Positions 14,480-29,300 of a DNA stretch of 64,000 nt are shown here, one piece after another (position 1 is the first letter of the stretch; every line of letters begins with the position of its first letter). The notes under the pieces are model-generated. The model was given only the letters and a program-made list of their open reading frames with translations, had not been told where the DNA came from and searched no databases. The stretch is from Cycas panzhihuaensis (lineage: Eukaryota > Plantae > Cycadophyta): assembly GCA_023213395.1 (NCBI GenBank), contig CM041465.1, positions 90,155,741 to 90,219,740 on the forward strand, in the 5' to 3' direction. A program made the position numbers and the translations under genes.

Positions 14480-15700
14480 AACATATTAGTATCATGAGAT
14501 ACCTCTTAACATAACATCCTAATGTTTCCTTTATCAACTTCAATAATCATTGATCTATTGTGAAAAATATGATTCTTAGTCATCTAAATTATACTTTGAT
14601 TATTCTATTTTGTAATTTTGGAAAACATCTTAGCATTGTAGGACATGTCTATGGAACAACTAGAGTTAATATACCACTCATTATTCTTACCATTAGAAGA
14701 TTATATATTCAAACTTGCATAGAAAACATTTTCATTTCTATCTGTAGTTGTATTAGCCATATCATTATTTTAACATTTATAACATAAATGTCCTTGGATT
14801 CTACATCTATAACAATTTGGAATAAATCTTCTTCTTCTTCCAACTCCTCAAGATGGACTTCTTCCTCTAGATCTTCCTCTTCCTATTGTCTAAAATTGGC
14901 CTTGGCCTTATCCATATCCATAATTTGCTTCTCTAAATGTTGATGATGATGCTTGTCCAAATGTTGATGATGATGTTAGTGATAATGTAGATCCTTGACC
15001 TTGTTTCTATAGTCTCTTAAATCTTCTCATCATGCTTACCTTAAAGGCAAAAGCTTGTTCTAAATTTTTATTTAAACTCTTTTTCTCTTCAACTACTAAA
15101 AGCATGGAAAGTAACTTATCAAGTTTCAATGTTGACAAGTCTTTTATTACTTCAATTATTATAGTCACATTCTTGAACTTCCTTATTTCTCCAATACTTT
15201 TGAGAATCTTTTCTACTTCTTATTTAAGAAGTTGTTCACCTAATGAAGTTAATTGATTACTAACATCCTAAACTCTACTAACAAAAGCATCAACAAGTTT
15301 AGAATAAGATATCTTAAGATTCTTAAAATTTCTTCTCAAGTTTTAAATTCTTGTATTAGTTCCTCCTTTAAATAAAATTTTTAAAGTATTCCATGCATCA
15401 TGAGAAGTTGCAACATTATAAATATGAGAAATTTTGCATTATTAATAGTAAGAAAAATAAATGAAAGTGCTTTAATATATATCCTCTCAAGCTTACATTT
15501 GATTTTCTCTTCATTAGGAGTTAACTGAGTTATAGGAGAAATAGGAATAGGAATTATACAACCTTTAGAAATAATCTTCCATAATGCTCTTGATTGTAAA
15601 ATAGGTTTAATTCTTCTTTACCATATAAAATAATTTCTGCCATCAAATTTGGGAATTACTTACAAATTTAGAGTAGAAAAATATAATGATGAGGAAGCTA
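14480..15700 (-). mobile_element. Decayed copia gag/protease remnant
   Basis: Minus strand reads IPKFDGRNYFIW near 15620-15657 (copia gag N-terminus), then gag-like text and VYVPTMLRCF near 14640. Confidence 0.7.
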
Positions 15701-17053
15701 TTGCAAAATATAAATCAATAACCAAAGCTTTGCAAATCAATCATCATAAGTGCAAATAAATCATCAACAAAATCATAAGCACCAGGAGCAAGCATAATTA
15801 AGTACGTTTATCCCTTAAAATTGGGACTTATCCCTTAAATTAAGACCACATTTTATCTCCTTTAAGATCTTTATTAATGAGCTTAATTAGCACACCATTA
15901 AGATTTAAAATAAACTTTCCTTAGGGCCAAAATTTAAGCATTAATGTTTATAAAATGTTCCTCAAATGTATATCAAAATAATCATTAAATGTTCATAAAA
16001 ATTTACTTTGTTGGTTACCACGTAGGGCTCTAAAATAAAGTGTTAACTTTAACTTAAAATTTAACAATAAAAATAACTTCAAAATACTAGAAATTATATG
16101 TCAAAATGACCAGCTCTAAACAAGGATTCCAATGATTTCAACATTTCATAAATTAATCTCCTAGTTACAAAATTATGCTAAAAAAATATGTAAATACCTC
16201 TAAAAATGATCAAAAAATAAATTTTGGGCCTTTGGCCCCTTCTACAATTTAGCCCTTAGTCATCTGGATTGCTATATATGACCACTTGCTTACTCGAAGG
16301 AGGCCCTGTAAGCTCTAAAATAAAATTTAATTTAATTTAATTAAATAAGAACTTTATAAAAAAATAAACCCTATGTCACAAAATTTTAAAACTTGCGTGT
16401 AGATTTTTTAAGTTTGTAGCAAACTACATGAATTGTAGCAATGATCAAGTCAAACAAATTTGTGCTTGTAATGATGTTTTTTATGAGGCAGTCCTAATTT
16501 TAAGTAGATATGATTCTTTATTAAACAAGTAGACCTCCATGAGCAAGGTAATCATGCAACGGATGACTCATACAATCATAACTCAAGCGAGCTTCTTCTT
16601 CACGTGACTATATGCAGATGCAGAAATAAGCTTCCTTTCATGTGGACAAGGGAGGTGTAGATCATCTAACAAAGATGTAAATCATGATGAATAGTATATA
16701 GACTAACGTGGACATATGGATAATGATGATACTTTTTCAACTAAGATGCAAAGGTCATACAACTCACGAAAATGGTGAGGATGATAAAGGTCTAACACTT
16801 AGGGTTCACTCAAAACTGAACCAAATAGAGGAGCAATGGTACACAAGTCACTCTAACACCAAAATAAGCAATCATTAAGGTATGATGGCACTACATAAGC
16901 CACGAGCATTTTTTTCACAACTTAAAACTAAAAAACAAAGGTGGATGATTTTTGTAGAAGAGGCTCACTTAAATGGATATACACAAAAGAAATGAGGGGG
17001 AAAATGGCTAAAATATAGATAAATAATACCAAATGGGGTTTTGGTTATTTTGG

Positions 17054-17056
<3 letters not shown>

Positions 17057-17091
<35 letters not shown>
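17057..17091. repeat. (TG)n microsatellite
   Basis: Seen directly. Confidence 0.95.
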
Positions 17092-17094
<3 letters not shown>

Positions 17095-18449
17095 ATGGGG
17101 TCAAGTGAGGTGAAGTGAAATCATTGTTTTCACAAACAAAAAACCCATGCAATTACTAAACAAGTTTTTAATAGGATTTTAGCAAGCTTTCATTAATCAA
17201 CAGGCTATCAAACCCTTCATAACAGACTTCATATATGAACAATATATTATGGAATAATTAAACTGATTAAATGAATAAATATTAACTTATGAAATAGACA
17301 TGAAGTGACTTAATACAACTAGAAATCTTCACTTAGATAGCACCTCATTATCTCCCCTTATTTTAGCTTATTGTCTTCACATAGTTCTTATACCATATTA
17401 AAAAATTAACCCATAGAATGTTCTTATTTCCTAGGAAGAGATTGGTATTGTGAGATACCTCTCAATAGAATAACATCATAAGATTTTCATTGTCATCTTT
17501 GGTAATCATTTGTTACATCCTTATATAGTCATATTATAGGTATATATAGGAATTATTTATCTCACTTACATCCAATAATATTTGGCCTTTATGTTGATTA
17601 ATTACACTTGACCTTTTACTTAACCAATTATATTTCATATGATAAATATATATTATATTTTAATAATGAAGTGTTGTTATCATTATCACTCCTTAAAATA
17701 TTTATTGTTTAAGGTTGTTGTTTGCAATAGGTTTTTCATTTTTCCTATCTGTATCATGTCTATTAAATTTATCCTCCAAGGTAGTTTTCATCTTTTTCAA
17801 GCTCTATGGCATTTGTACTTCTCAACTTCTTTATTAGGTGGGGGAGGGTTTTAGTTTGGTCTATTCATTCTGCTAAGGTTATTGTTGGGTGTGCTCTTAT
17901 TTATGGGGTTATTAGGATTTACTATCTAGTTGGGCTTATGCTTATATGATCTTGGGAGGTGTGGGTATCTTGGGCATTCATGGGATGATATAACTTGGTT
18001 TCTCTTTATTGCTTCCTTTGGGTCATTGTGGTCCCCTCCCTTGCTGGTCCTCAAGGGTTGTGGGATTGATGGCCTTTTCTCTTGTTTGGTTTTGGGGTGG
18101 TTTATGTTTGAAATAGGTGTTATTTAGGTGTGTCATAGATTTTAGTTTAGCCTTGTGTTTCATGGGGTTTTAGTTTGTTTCATGGTGTGGTGGTGGATCC
18201 TTTAGAGTTAGGTATGCTCCTTGGATGATGAGAATTAGTGGCCTGGCTCAATTTTTTCCTTTAATAAAAGTGAGTCCCTTATATATTTAATGGGATAATC
18301 ATAGGCTACTAATGAAAGAAAGTTTATATCTTACATCAATAAGGGTGTAGATGTTCTCACTTGGGCCTCATGCTTGTTTTGGTTAGATTCATTGCTACTT
18401 TTTTAGGTTAGTGGTTGTTTTTGTCTCTAGAGAATACAAAGGAGATATG

Positions 18450-19349
18450 TGTAGAAGCTACGTAAAGCAAGCCAAAATCATATAGCAGATAGAAGCTCCC
18501 TTTCCAAAAGCAAAGATACATTCAAAGTAGATCACAACACTTTACAACAATAAATTTCATATGTTCATAATAGATAATCGTAACGGTATAACCTCATAAA
18601 TAACATTCAACAAAGATAGTAATACCATAGATAAATAATAAGCGATAATATCAATAAAATAGTAGCACCTAATATAATGTCCAGCAACGTTGATGAACCC
18701 TCTTCGAGGCATTGTTCAGAGCCTCTCAGTGGGTGTGCCTAAGCTAGAGGAAATTATAGCATTCTAAAATTAAAAGAAGAAGTTGATTTTATATGGAGAA
18801 TTTATTATGGTAAAGTTAGTTTTTCACGCAACTCTAATACTAATTAAAGCAAGCCAAAATCATACAGCAAACAGAAGCTCTATTTCTAATAACGAAGATA
18901 CATTCAAAGTAGATCACAACACTTTACATTAATAAATTTCATACTTTCACAGTAGATAATTGTAGTAGTACAACCTCATAAATAACATTCAACAGAGATA
19001 ACAATATCATAGATAAATAATAGGTGATAATATCAATAAAATAGTAGCACCTGATACAATGTCCAATAGTGTTAACGAACCCTTTTAAAGGTAAGAGTGA
19101 CCCTCCAATAGGCACAAGGCCGTAATGCCATAAGGCCATTATCCCTTCATAATAAAAATTCTCCAAGATTATTTCTAAATTAGGGTGGCCTCATTATTTA
19201 TGGCCAACTTCTTAGTTTTCCTTCCAAAAAATTGACTTCAAAATAGAATAAAATAAATGATTCTTCTTCTAATTCTTCTAAAAAATGACTTCACCATAAT
19301 AAATTCTCTATATAAAATTGACTTCTTCTTATAATTTTGGAACACTACA
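18450..19349 (-). repeat. Composite solo-LTR-like structure with an internal duplication and a short inverted LTR end
   Basis: TGTAG (18450) ... CTACA (19349) termini, flanks ATATG/CTATG. 18463-18705 is repeated at 18845-19085. 18756-18800 is an inverted copy of the right terminus. Confidence 0.6.
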
Positions 19350-22300
19350 CTATGTACTAAAGAATATGAAGTGACTAGTATTTTTGGTGTATTTTATTGC
19401 TTAGCGGATTGACACTATTATTTTTATCTTAGTATGAGAGTTCATCATTGGTGACTCTAAGGCACATGAGGCAGATCATTTTAACTATTATTTCTAGTGG
19501 ATATTGGTGATTTGGGTTCAGTATTCAAGGATTAATAAGGCATTCTCTTATGGTTGATTAATGCATTTGGTATTTGTTGTTTAAGAATGACCATCTAGCA
19601 AATTGGTGCTAGACTTGTTTCTATATTTTGAATTAACTCTTGACTATGGTAGATCAACATGTGATGTAAATTAACAATATTTATGGATTGATGCCATTAG
19701 GGTTAGTGCCTTAATTCATCATGTTAAATTGATGTGCTTTATGGATCGACATCATTAGGATGATGTATGCTAGTGGTAGAAGTGCTATGATAAGTATGTG
19801 TTATATGATTCACATTCTATGGTCAATTGTCATTAGTGCATTAAGATTAACTTTTGGGTCATTATTATTAGAAGATCTTAGTAAGTCAAGGACACTTGTG
19901 TTTGACCTATCAAGTTTTGGGTGCTATCATATTAATTATTGAAGGATCAATGGCAAATTTAGTTTGTTTCTATCATTAGTTATCTGTGGGTTGACAACTT
20001 TAGGTGTTTGACCCATCAAGTCTTGGGCATTGCTCAGTATTGTGGTGTTGTTTAACAACTCCATAGTGGCTCGACATAATATATGACATAGTATTTTAAT
20101 GACGGATCACCATGCCAAGATTGCTAAGCTCTAGAAAATGTGATTTTGATGGATTGATGTTGTTGGTCAATCCACCATCTTTAAATGACATAACTTTTAA
20201 GATTGCCATTTTCATGATTGACTAGTCTAAGCAGCTTAGTTTGGTTGGATGTAACTAGTGGGCTAAACAAAATGATAAGAATTAGTCTTGATCCTCATAG
20301 TAGGTGTTGGGATACAGTTGGCCTTCATGTACAAGATGAACTATGGGAGGTTTTTCAAGGGTTAATATTATTATTCTTTTGATATTTTGGATCATTTCCC
20401 TTTGTCATTTTGGATATGAGCCTTTATGGATCAATGCCCCTAGTATATGAAGAAGAGTAATTTAATGTGAGTTCATATATATCAATTATTCTATTTTTTG
20501 TAATTTTTTATTTCATCCTTAAGGGGTAGTAATAGACTGATCTAGCATATGATTATTCTTTGGTTTAGCATATGTTGGATTGACTTAAGGAGAAGACCAA
20601 TATTAGTAGTGATATTTTAGATTTATGGTGATAGCTTACGATTATTTGGATATACCTCATGCTTTCTTAAGTGGCAAGTCATTAGTGATTAACATTGATA
20701 TACCAATGCATGCTTTTACAAATGGGTGCAATTGGAAAGGAAACTATCAATTTATGTATGGCATCACAGATGATGGGTATTAGAGTTTGGTGGCCTAAGT
20801 GTTTATTAATAATTGATGGTTATGTCATTTTTTATGGTGGTTGATTGTCATGTGGGTCCTTTTACCTAGCGGGCATGGCATTTTATGGCATTTTTTGTAG
20901 TGTCATATAACATAGTTCATGGCATTCCTAGTGGTGGTTGCTTGATATCCAAGTTCCTTTCTTAGGTAGGCATGGAATTTCATGGTAGTTATAATGATGT
21001 TAAATAATATGTCATCACTTTTATTAGGTTGAAAGGATGTGTAGTTTTATATTGCATATGATTGGTAAGGATAAGAGGTTATTAAAGTTGATTGTTAAGT
21101 GATAGAAATTATATAGTCTATTTTAAACCTTTTGTTAGCTTTAATCTATTTGGAGGGGTTGGAGCAACTTGTTGTTGTTGTCTCTAAAGTGAGCAAGGCC
21201 AAGAATAAATCTTAGGCAATTTTGACAAAGTAGTCTCCCCTCTCTCATGGCATCTTATGTCAAAGGGTCAGCCCTATGTTACAAGGATTTTACTTGTGTA
21301 TGTGTGTGTGTAAAGAGAGATAAATTATTACCAAACTAGTTTATACTTCTAGGCACTAAAGAATTTTTTTGTTTATAAATAAAAAGATAACAGTAGTACA
21401 TAATTATTTAACACTCTGTGAACTCAATCAATGTTCATGTAGTGGAAATATAAAATTGGCAAGTTACTTACCTTCTCTATAGCCTCAAAAGTATTAGTTT
21501 CAAATACATACTATATATCATTGTCATATGTAAACCTTGTTAATAACATTAGAGACAGGAGTACATAATTCATGTCTATTTATCAAATTATTTAGAATTC
21601 CTCTTAAATATTTGTATGCCAAGTATCCATTATATATTTCTTTATAACAGAAGAAGATAAATGACTTATCTCTTTTTTAATGAAAATAAACTAGATTATT
21701 TAGTGGAATTCATTCCTTAGCCTTTCAAATTCATCACAAAAATGACTCTTGAGTTGAGGCATATGATATAAATATGGAAAAAATTTAGTGAGGAAACTAG
21801 ATTATTCCACCTTTAAAAGGTACTAACCCATACCAAAGGTATCATACTATGCATGAGTCTTTTATCAATGGCTTCACACCATAAAGGAACTCTTCATGTA
21901 TTATTCATTATAAACTCATGAAAGGACCACTTAACACTTCTACTCCAAAACTACTCTACAATTGGATAAAATACCTCTCATTAATTTATATAGAAAAATA
22001 AATTATGCATTTGGAGTTTTCTTGCACCTAGAAAAAATATACCTCAAAAGTTATATCTCTCAAGTTCTTTCCTTGTTATCTCAATAAAAAGAAATAATCT
22101 ATTTGAAATAATCCCTTTCTTTCTATTTTTAGTAAACAGTCAACCAGGGCGGTTAAGGAATATTCAATATGACTTCTTATTTTAAACACATTCTAAAAGG
22201 AGTCTTTCTCATACACGGGTGTGGGTTATATTCCCATTAAACCTATATTAATAACCAAATGGCTCCTTAAACCCAAGGAATCTCTCACAAAGGCAATGAT

Positions 22301-22618
22301 TTCTAGAATCCTTTATTATGAGAATTCTACCATTATTCATATGATATGTTGTTGCCTTACTTCTTTATTTCTCTTTAGTAAGTTAGCCTATTTTTATTCT
22401 AGTATGTACTTATTTTATATCATTTACATAGGTTTAAGTAATTGGTCCCTAAATATTTCTATATACACACCACATACACATAAGGCCTTAGCACGACAAT
22501 AAAATCATGGGCATCAAATATTTTAAGATGTATCCCACACCTAACGAGGCATTAAAAAGTTCTAATTTTGCAATAAGGGATGGATTACAACATTAAAAAA
22601 AAAAATGAAATACAAAGT

Positions 22619-22621
<3 letters not shown>

Positions 22622-22659
<38 letters not shown>
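22622..22659. repeat. (AT)n microsatellite
   Basis: Seen directly. Confidence 0.95.
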
Positions 22660-22663
<4 letters not shown>

Positions 22664-24984
22664 TATACATGGTATATGACATTAGGCATATTTAAGACTT
22701 CAACTACAAAAACAAGCTTCAATAAAGAAATATAATAAGAAGATGTTGTAGTATAAATTTTATAATGCCTAATAAATTCATAAGAGGATAGGATAGGTTA
22801 AATATTAACTTAATTAAGTTGTAAATAAGATTTATAATATTTTCCATTCATCTTATTTAAAGAGGAATATAAGCACAAAGGTTGGCCTTTAATTTAAACT
22901 ACTAGACCTTTACGAAGAAAGGCAACTAGTCTTAGAACTAGAAATTATCCTTTAAGTTTGCATGAGACAACTACAATGCAAACATATTAATGAATATTAA
23001 ATTAAATAGAAAGACAAAGAGGAATAAGATGAAACATAAGAGAGAAAATCATGGAGATAACAACATCCATTAGTAACCATTCTTTAAGGGTAAACTATGT
23101 TAAGAGGGGAGGAATTATTACATGCATACCCCTCTAAGTGGGCTAAGGCATTTTTTACTATTCTATAATTATAGATTTAAATAAAATAAAATAAAGTTAT
23201 GTAGTATGGATCGTGGTATAAATTTTCTTATTGGCTTCAAAACAAGTGGTTGTGGCCCCCCTTACCAAATATCGTATAAGAAAGTTATGTAAATTTAAAC
23301 TTTGTAGTCATAAATACAAATTATTAGAGGTCAACTTCACTTTAAATTATTAATTAAAGGTAATATTAACCTAAAATAATTAATGATTTAAATGTACTCC
23401 TATATATATCTAGTGAATAGGTCATTTAGGAGAATTAGGTTTTAGAGTTATATTCTTTAGAAGGAGACACTATTTCTAAAGCCTTTGTTATCTCGAAGGA
23501 GGATAATAATTGTAAAATATATTTAATTATCTTGTAGATGCTTTGTAATAGAGATAAGTTACCTTATTAATAATTATTTTATTATATTATAAATTATCTA
23601 CTCATTTATTCTTTTAATCATTTGTTTATTACCTTATATTCTATTATTTTACTACTTCTTCTTCTCATTGTAGTTATGAGATATTACTAGTATTCTATTG
23701 CATGTAACTTTTAATAAATTAAAGTGCTTGAATCTTTTCACTATTCTTTATTTATGGAATTAGTGTGCAACCTCAAAAAGTTGCCACATATACCCAATTT
23801 ATAACAATCACCTATATATTTATTCATGATTATTTATAATTAATGTTATTCATACTATTATACAGTTTGTTTTTGTATGTATATGTTTGTGTGCATTTAT
23901 ACACATTTACATGCATATATATAATAGTTAATTCTTTATATATTAAATGCACTATTTATGAGTATTATTATTATTTGAGATCTTAAGATGTCTTTTCTTC
24001 ATAATCTTTGATATCATTAAGAAGAGGAGTGAATGCCATCTTCAAAAGCCCATTTATGGCTTCATAATCATCCTTTCCACTTTTCAAGATGGTTATAATA
24101 ACTTACTTAAACATATAAAAGTATAATCTCCCTTCTAAAAGGGAATTATCCTTCCATTGGGAGCATCATATCCTCACGAAGGGATTATAAATATTATAAA
24201 GAATGTAATAAACCCTAACATGGTATGTCATACAAAAATATAAAATAATAGTATAAATAATCTAAAATAACTATAATAGCTTTAAAAAAAGAAGAAGTAA
24301 AGGGAAAAAGATATTATGATGAATCCTCCTAAATGATAATTCACCAAAAGATTGGGATATTAAGAGGATGTAATAATAAGGTTGTGAATGAGATTGCATA
24401 GATGTTTGATCTCTGCATTTAGGGTTTCTACCAGCATGAAGGCGGTGGTGGCAAAGATCATCTTTGGGGATAGATCTAGAGCTTCTCAGAGGGAGATGGA
24501 TGCTAGGTCACCCAACAATAACTAGATCTAAGGCAGATCGAGATGGAAACAGCCTCCAGTGCCTAATGACGGGCTGTGCAGTGGTCTTGAGGAGATGTCC
24601 TAAGTTGTTTGGGTTGGTGGAAGCATGACGGATCTTTCAGCTAGATCCTTCAAACTGGGAAATCGTGGCAAGTGAGCTTGGCATCAGTCAGTCTTGCAGG
24701 AGCTGGCCTTTATCATCTAAAGACTCTAAGGATTCAGTGAGGATCCAGATGTGGCGGCGATGTCCATTTAGAAGGCAAGTAAGACTAGATCTTTAAGAGG
24801 CAGTCTCATACCAGGCTTGGAGAGGAAGAGGGTTGAGGCTTCTCCCTCACAGATTTAGAAGCAGAAAAGGACATAGGACAAAAGACAAAACAGAAGTGGG
24901 CCCGAGTGAGTCATCCTTTAGACACTCTCTAAAACCGATGAGAACCACCAACTCAAATGAGTATTTTATGAGTTTAATTGTATT

Positions 24985-26320
24985 ATGGAGGAAATTATAA
25001 AGGACCCACTTTATACTAAGACTGAACAGTCTCTAAATTTGAACCAAACCCACTCTCCTCTTAAAAGGAAGTCATGCCTTGATGCTTTAAGCAATGTTGA
25101 AGAGGAAACATTTGATATAAACCCCATTGTAGACAATGATAAGATCAAAATTCCTATACCTAAGAGGCTTTCAGAAAATCTAGAGAAATATTAGCGCAAT
25201 AGCCTTGTTGGGCGGTTCTCAAGTCCTAGGCCAAGGGTAGATCCTATTAGGAAGTGGGTCAGTAAGCGATGGAAGCTGAAGGGTCAGGCAGAGGTCATTG
25301 CACTCCCCAAGGGGTATGTCCTATTTAAGTTCTCTTTCCATAAGGATATGGTAAATATCCTCCTAAAGTCACCCTGAATGATGGAGAGGAAGGCAATTTT
25401 GATAGAGAAATGGCATCCAGACTTTAATCCGGTTGAGGGGTCTATAAAGGAAATTCCTTTATGGGTTTAGCTCCCAAGCCTTCCTCTTCATACTTGGGAT
25501 TTAGATGTCATTAAAGGGATTGCGAAGGTTATTGGGCCCCTCCTAGCAGTGGACTCTACGACAAAGAATAGGAACAGATTGGTAAAAGCCAAGTTTTGTG
25601 TCCTGTCCAAAATTGACAAACCTCTCCTAGAGCAGGTGATAATTGATGGGTGTGGATGGAATAGAGAACAAAGGCTAGTGTATGAGCTAGATAATGTGAG
25701 GTGCCTAAAATGTAAACACTTCGGGCATCTACCCCATTATTGCCCTTGGGACCCAAAGCCAAGCTAATTAGGCATACATGTTGAGGAGGTAAAGGAAGAT
25801 GATGGTCATGAGGATCCTAAAGTAGGCATGAAGAGACAATAAGGATTAAGGAGTCACAAAATAATATGGAACAATAGCCAGATCTTCCAAAGTATGAGCA
25901 GGAACCTGTCTTAACAGAGACAGGGCATGGGATTAACCTTGAGGAAGAAGATTCCTTATTTGAAGAGGGGGAGGTCGAAATAAGGGCCCTCCTAAGTGCC
26001 ATACAACTTCAAATTACAGATATTTAGCATGGAAGCGATAAGGATCCTATCCAAAATGTAAGAGGTTTCACCTTAGAGAAAAAGACATAGAAGGTTTAGA
26101 AGGTCAGAGATTTAGGGACGAAAAAAGTAGAATTAGATCTTTTTAAAGGCCTTGACTTCAGTAGCAAGAAGAGGTCGGGAAGACCATCATTGAAGGTGCT
26201 GTGAGAAAGAGAGGTAGCACTTCAGATTGATTAGGGGACACAACGTACCCTTAAGGATAGAGGTCTTATATAGGGGCCCAAAATAAGAAGTAAGAGATGA
26301 GGAGGGACCTAAAGGGGGGA
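24985..26320 (+). pseudogene. LINE ORF1 (DUF4283-like plus CCHC zinc knuckle)
   Basis: SLVGRFSSPRP, LPKGYVLFKF, PLWV*LPSLPLH and CX2CX4HX4C at about 25703-25743. Boundaries approximate. Confidence 0.8.
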
Positions 26321-26327
26321 TCTAATC

Positions 26328-29300
26328 ATGAAGCTCACCTCCTGGAATATACAGGGTATAAATGACCCGTTTAAATATAGAATGATTAAAGACTTGCAAA
26401 GTTGGATGAAGTTGGATATTTTGTTGATTTAGGAAACTTAGTTGATGACTGAAAATAGAGAAAATGTCAAGAATAAAATAAGGAAAGGGGTTGGGTGGAT
26501 CACCCTAGATGGGGTTAGAGGTTTATGTGGGCTAGTCACCATGTGGAACCCCATAGGTTAGGAGGGTGAGGTTTTCATCAGTGAAGGTCACTTTATATCT
26601 AGCTACTTTATAAGAAAATACTTCAACCATAAATGGCTAGTTACTAATGTATATGCCCCCCTCACGTAGGAAGGGAGGAAGCATTTATGGACCAGGCTTC
26701 TAGAGGCCCATGTGGATTGGACATGCCCCTGGGTGATAGCAGGATATTTTAATATGGCCTTATCTCCTGATGAGAAGAAAGGGGGTCAAATCAAATGGAC
26801 AAAAAGTATGGATGACCTGAGGGATTTCATGCAGAAGAGTGGGTTGATGGATGTCCCCCTGAGAGGCCACAAGTTTACCTAGTCCAACAGAAGATTGGGA
26901 GCTCATCATATCCAAGTTAGATTGGATAGAGTTATTGTCAATTATGCTTGGGCTATGCATCATAGTAATATTATTTTGGAAGCCCTGCCAAATACAGTCT
27001 CAGATCATGCCCTGATGTTGTTGGGTTTTGATCAAAATAAAGGTCATGCAAGTGCCCCTTTCCGATTTGAGCTTATGTGGACAAGGAACCCAAACTTTCA
27101 TGAATTACTAACAGAATGGTAGAAGACTCTTGTGTTTGGGTGTGCGATGTGGAGATTCTTAAAGAAATTAAATTGTGTGAAATGCCAAATCAAAGTCTGG
27201 AATAAAAATTCCCACGAGGACATCTTTGTAAAAAAGGAATAGATCTTAGAGGAATTAAATACCCTTGAGGAGAAAATATAGGAACAAGGGTGGTTCCTCC
27301 CTTTAGACCAGGATGAAAGGAGACTTTTATCCAAACTAGAGGGAGTGTTGATAAAGGAGGAAATTTTTTGGAAATAGAAGTTTAGAGCTTTATGGCTCGC
27401 TAAAGGGGACAGTAATATAAAATTTTTCTATATGACAATGATAAAGCACAAAGCTTGCAATCACATCAAATCTTTGATAAATAAGCATGGGGAGGAGATT
27501 TCAGATCAGGAGAGTATTAAAGATGCAGTAGTGGAGTACTTTGTGGAGTTATACAAGGAATCGGGATATGCTGAAGAGACTATTAGAAGGGAGACCCTAA
27601 ATTTGGTTCTAAACAAGGTAAACAAAGCCATGAACAGAGTTTTGGAGGCCCCTTTCTCACTGGATGAGGTGAGGAAAGCTATCTTTGGTATGAAGAGAGA
27701 GAAAGCCCCTGGATCCAATGGATTCCCTGTGGGTTTCTATTAGGAATATTGAGATATCATAAAGGACGACCTTTTTGAAGTTGTTAAGGAATTATATGAG
27801 GATGGCAGGATCCATGGTGAATGGCAAGCTATGTTCCTTATCTTAATTCTGAAGAAAGGTGATGCTAAGAGGATTGAAGAGTACAAACCTATTAGTCTAT
27901 GCAACATTAAATATAAAATTTTAGCTAAGATCATGGTGAATAGGCTAAAAGAATTTCTCCCCTCAATTATAGGTCCAAATCAAAACAGGTTTGTGAAGGG
28001 AAGACAAATTGTGGATGGTATTATTGTGGTCCACAAAATAATCCATTCAACCCACCAAATGAAGGATTCAAGGATGACTATTAATATTGATCTGTCTAAG
28101 GCCTATGATAGGGTCTCGTGGGGGTGTTTGTTGGATTGCATTAGTGCATGTGGCTTTGGGAACCACTAGAGAGCATGGATCAAGAGTTGCATATCTAGTC
28201 CCAAATTCTCAATGATCATAAATGGTACTTCCTCTGCCATTTTTTCAGGCTATAGAGGTCTAAGATAGGGGGATCCTTTCGCCTCTTATTTTTTTATTAT
28301 CCTGGCAAAACTTATTGGAAGGCCTCTAAAGGAAGTCAGGTTATCCAGGAAGATTGTGAGACTAAGGCCCATATCGGGTATTGATAATATTATTCATTGT
28401 CACTTCATGGATGATAACATTATACTAGGTAAGGCAGTGATTAAGGAATCTAAAGCAATAAAAACTTAGTTGGAAAGATTCGAGATAGCAACGAATAAGA
28501 AAATAAACTTGGACAAAAGCAACATCTTTTTCTTGAACACCATGGAAAGGACTAAAAGAGCTATCAGTAGGATCCTGGAAATGTCCTCCAAGTTGCTACC
28601 TACTCTGTACCTTGGTATGCCATTATTTATTTGTAGAATGGAGAAGGACCTTTGGAATCTAATTATCAGCATGGTCGAAAGGAAGTTAGCATGATAGAAA
28701 GGAGCTTTATTGAGTTAGGGAAACTACAACTACTAGTTACCTCCCTTCAGAGTATCCCTACATATATGATGTCTTTGTTTAGGTGTCCTGTAAAGGCTAA
28801 AAGTGCCCTTGAGCCTATTCAGAAGAGATTCTTGTGATCTAGGGCTGAGGATAGGGAGAGAATCCATTTAGTGTCTTGGGAGAAAGTGTGTCTCCCCAAA
28901 TGGGTAGGAGGCTTGAACGTTAAGGACATAGCTTATTTCAATAGAGATCTAGTTGCCAAATTAGGTTGGAGTCTTGCTGTCAAGGAGGAGAGGCTCTGGT
29001 ATAAGATTTTTACTTGAAAATACCTTAGGGACAATAAATATCTGAAGCATAATATCTAAGGAATCTAAGGCTCTACCATCTGGAGGAGCTTAGAGCACGC
29101 GAGGAAAATGTTAATGATGGGGGCCTAATGGAGCCTTGGGGATGGAAATGTTATTGATTTTTTAGAGGACACCTGGCATGGACATACGGAATTGAACAAG
29201 AGGCCTGCCTTCACCCCCTTGCAACATGCTTGTGAAAACCTTTATGGCAAGAAGGTTAAAGACTATTGGGAGATATGTTGGGGTGTGAAGAAGTGGAAAT

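Noticed and set aside
23098-23806. Possible solo LTR (TGTTA...TAACA)
   Set aside because: No matching TSD and no second copy in the window.
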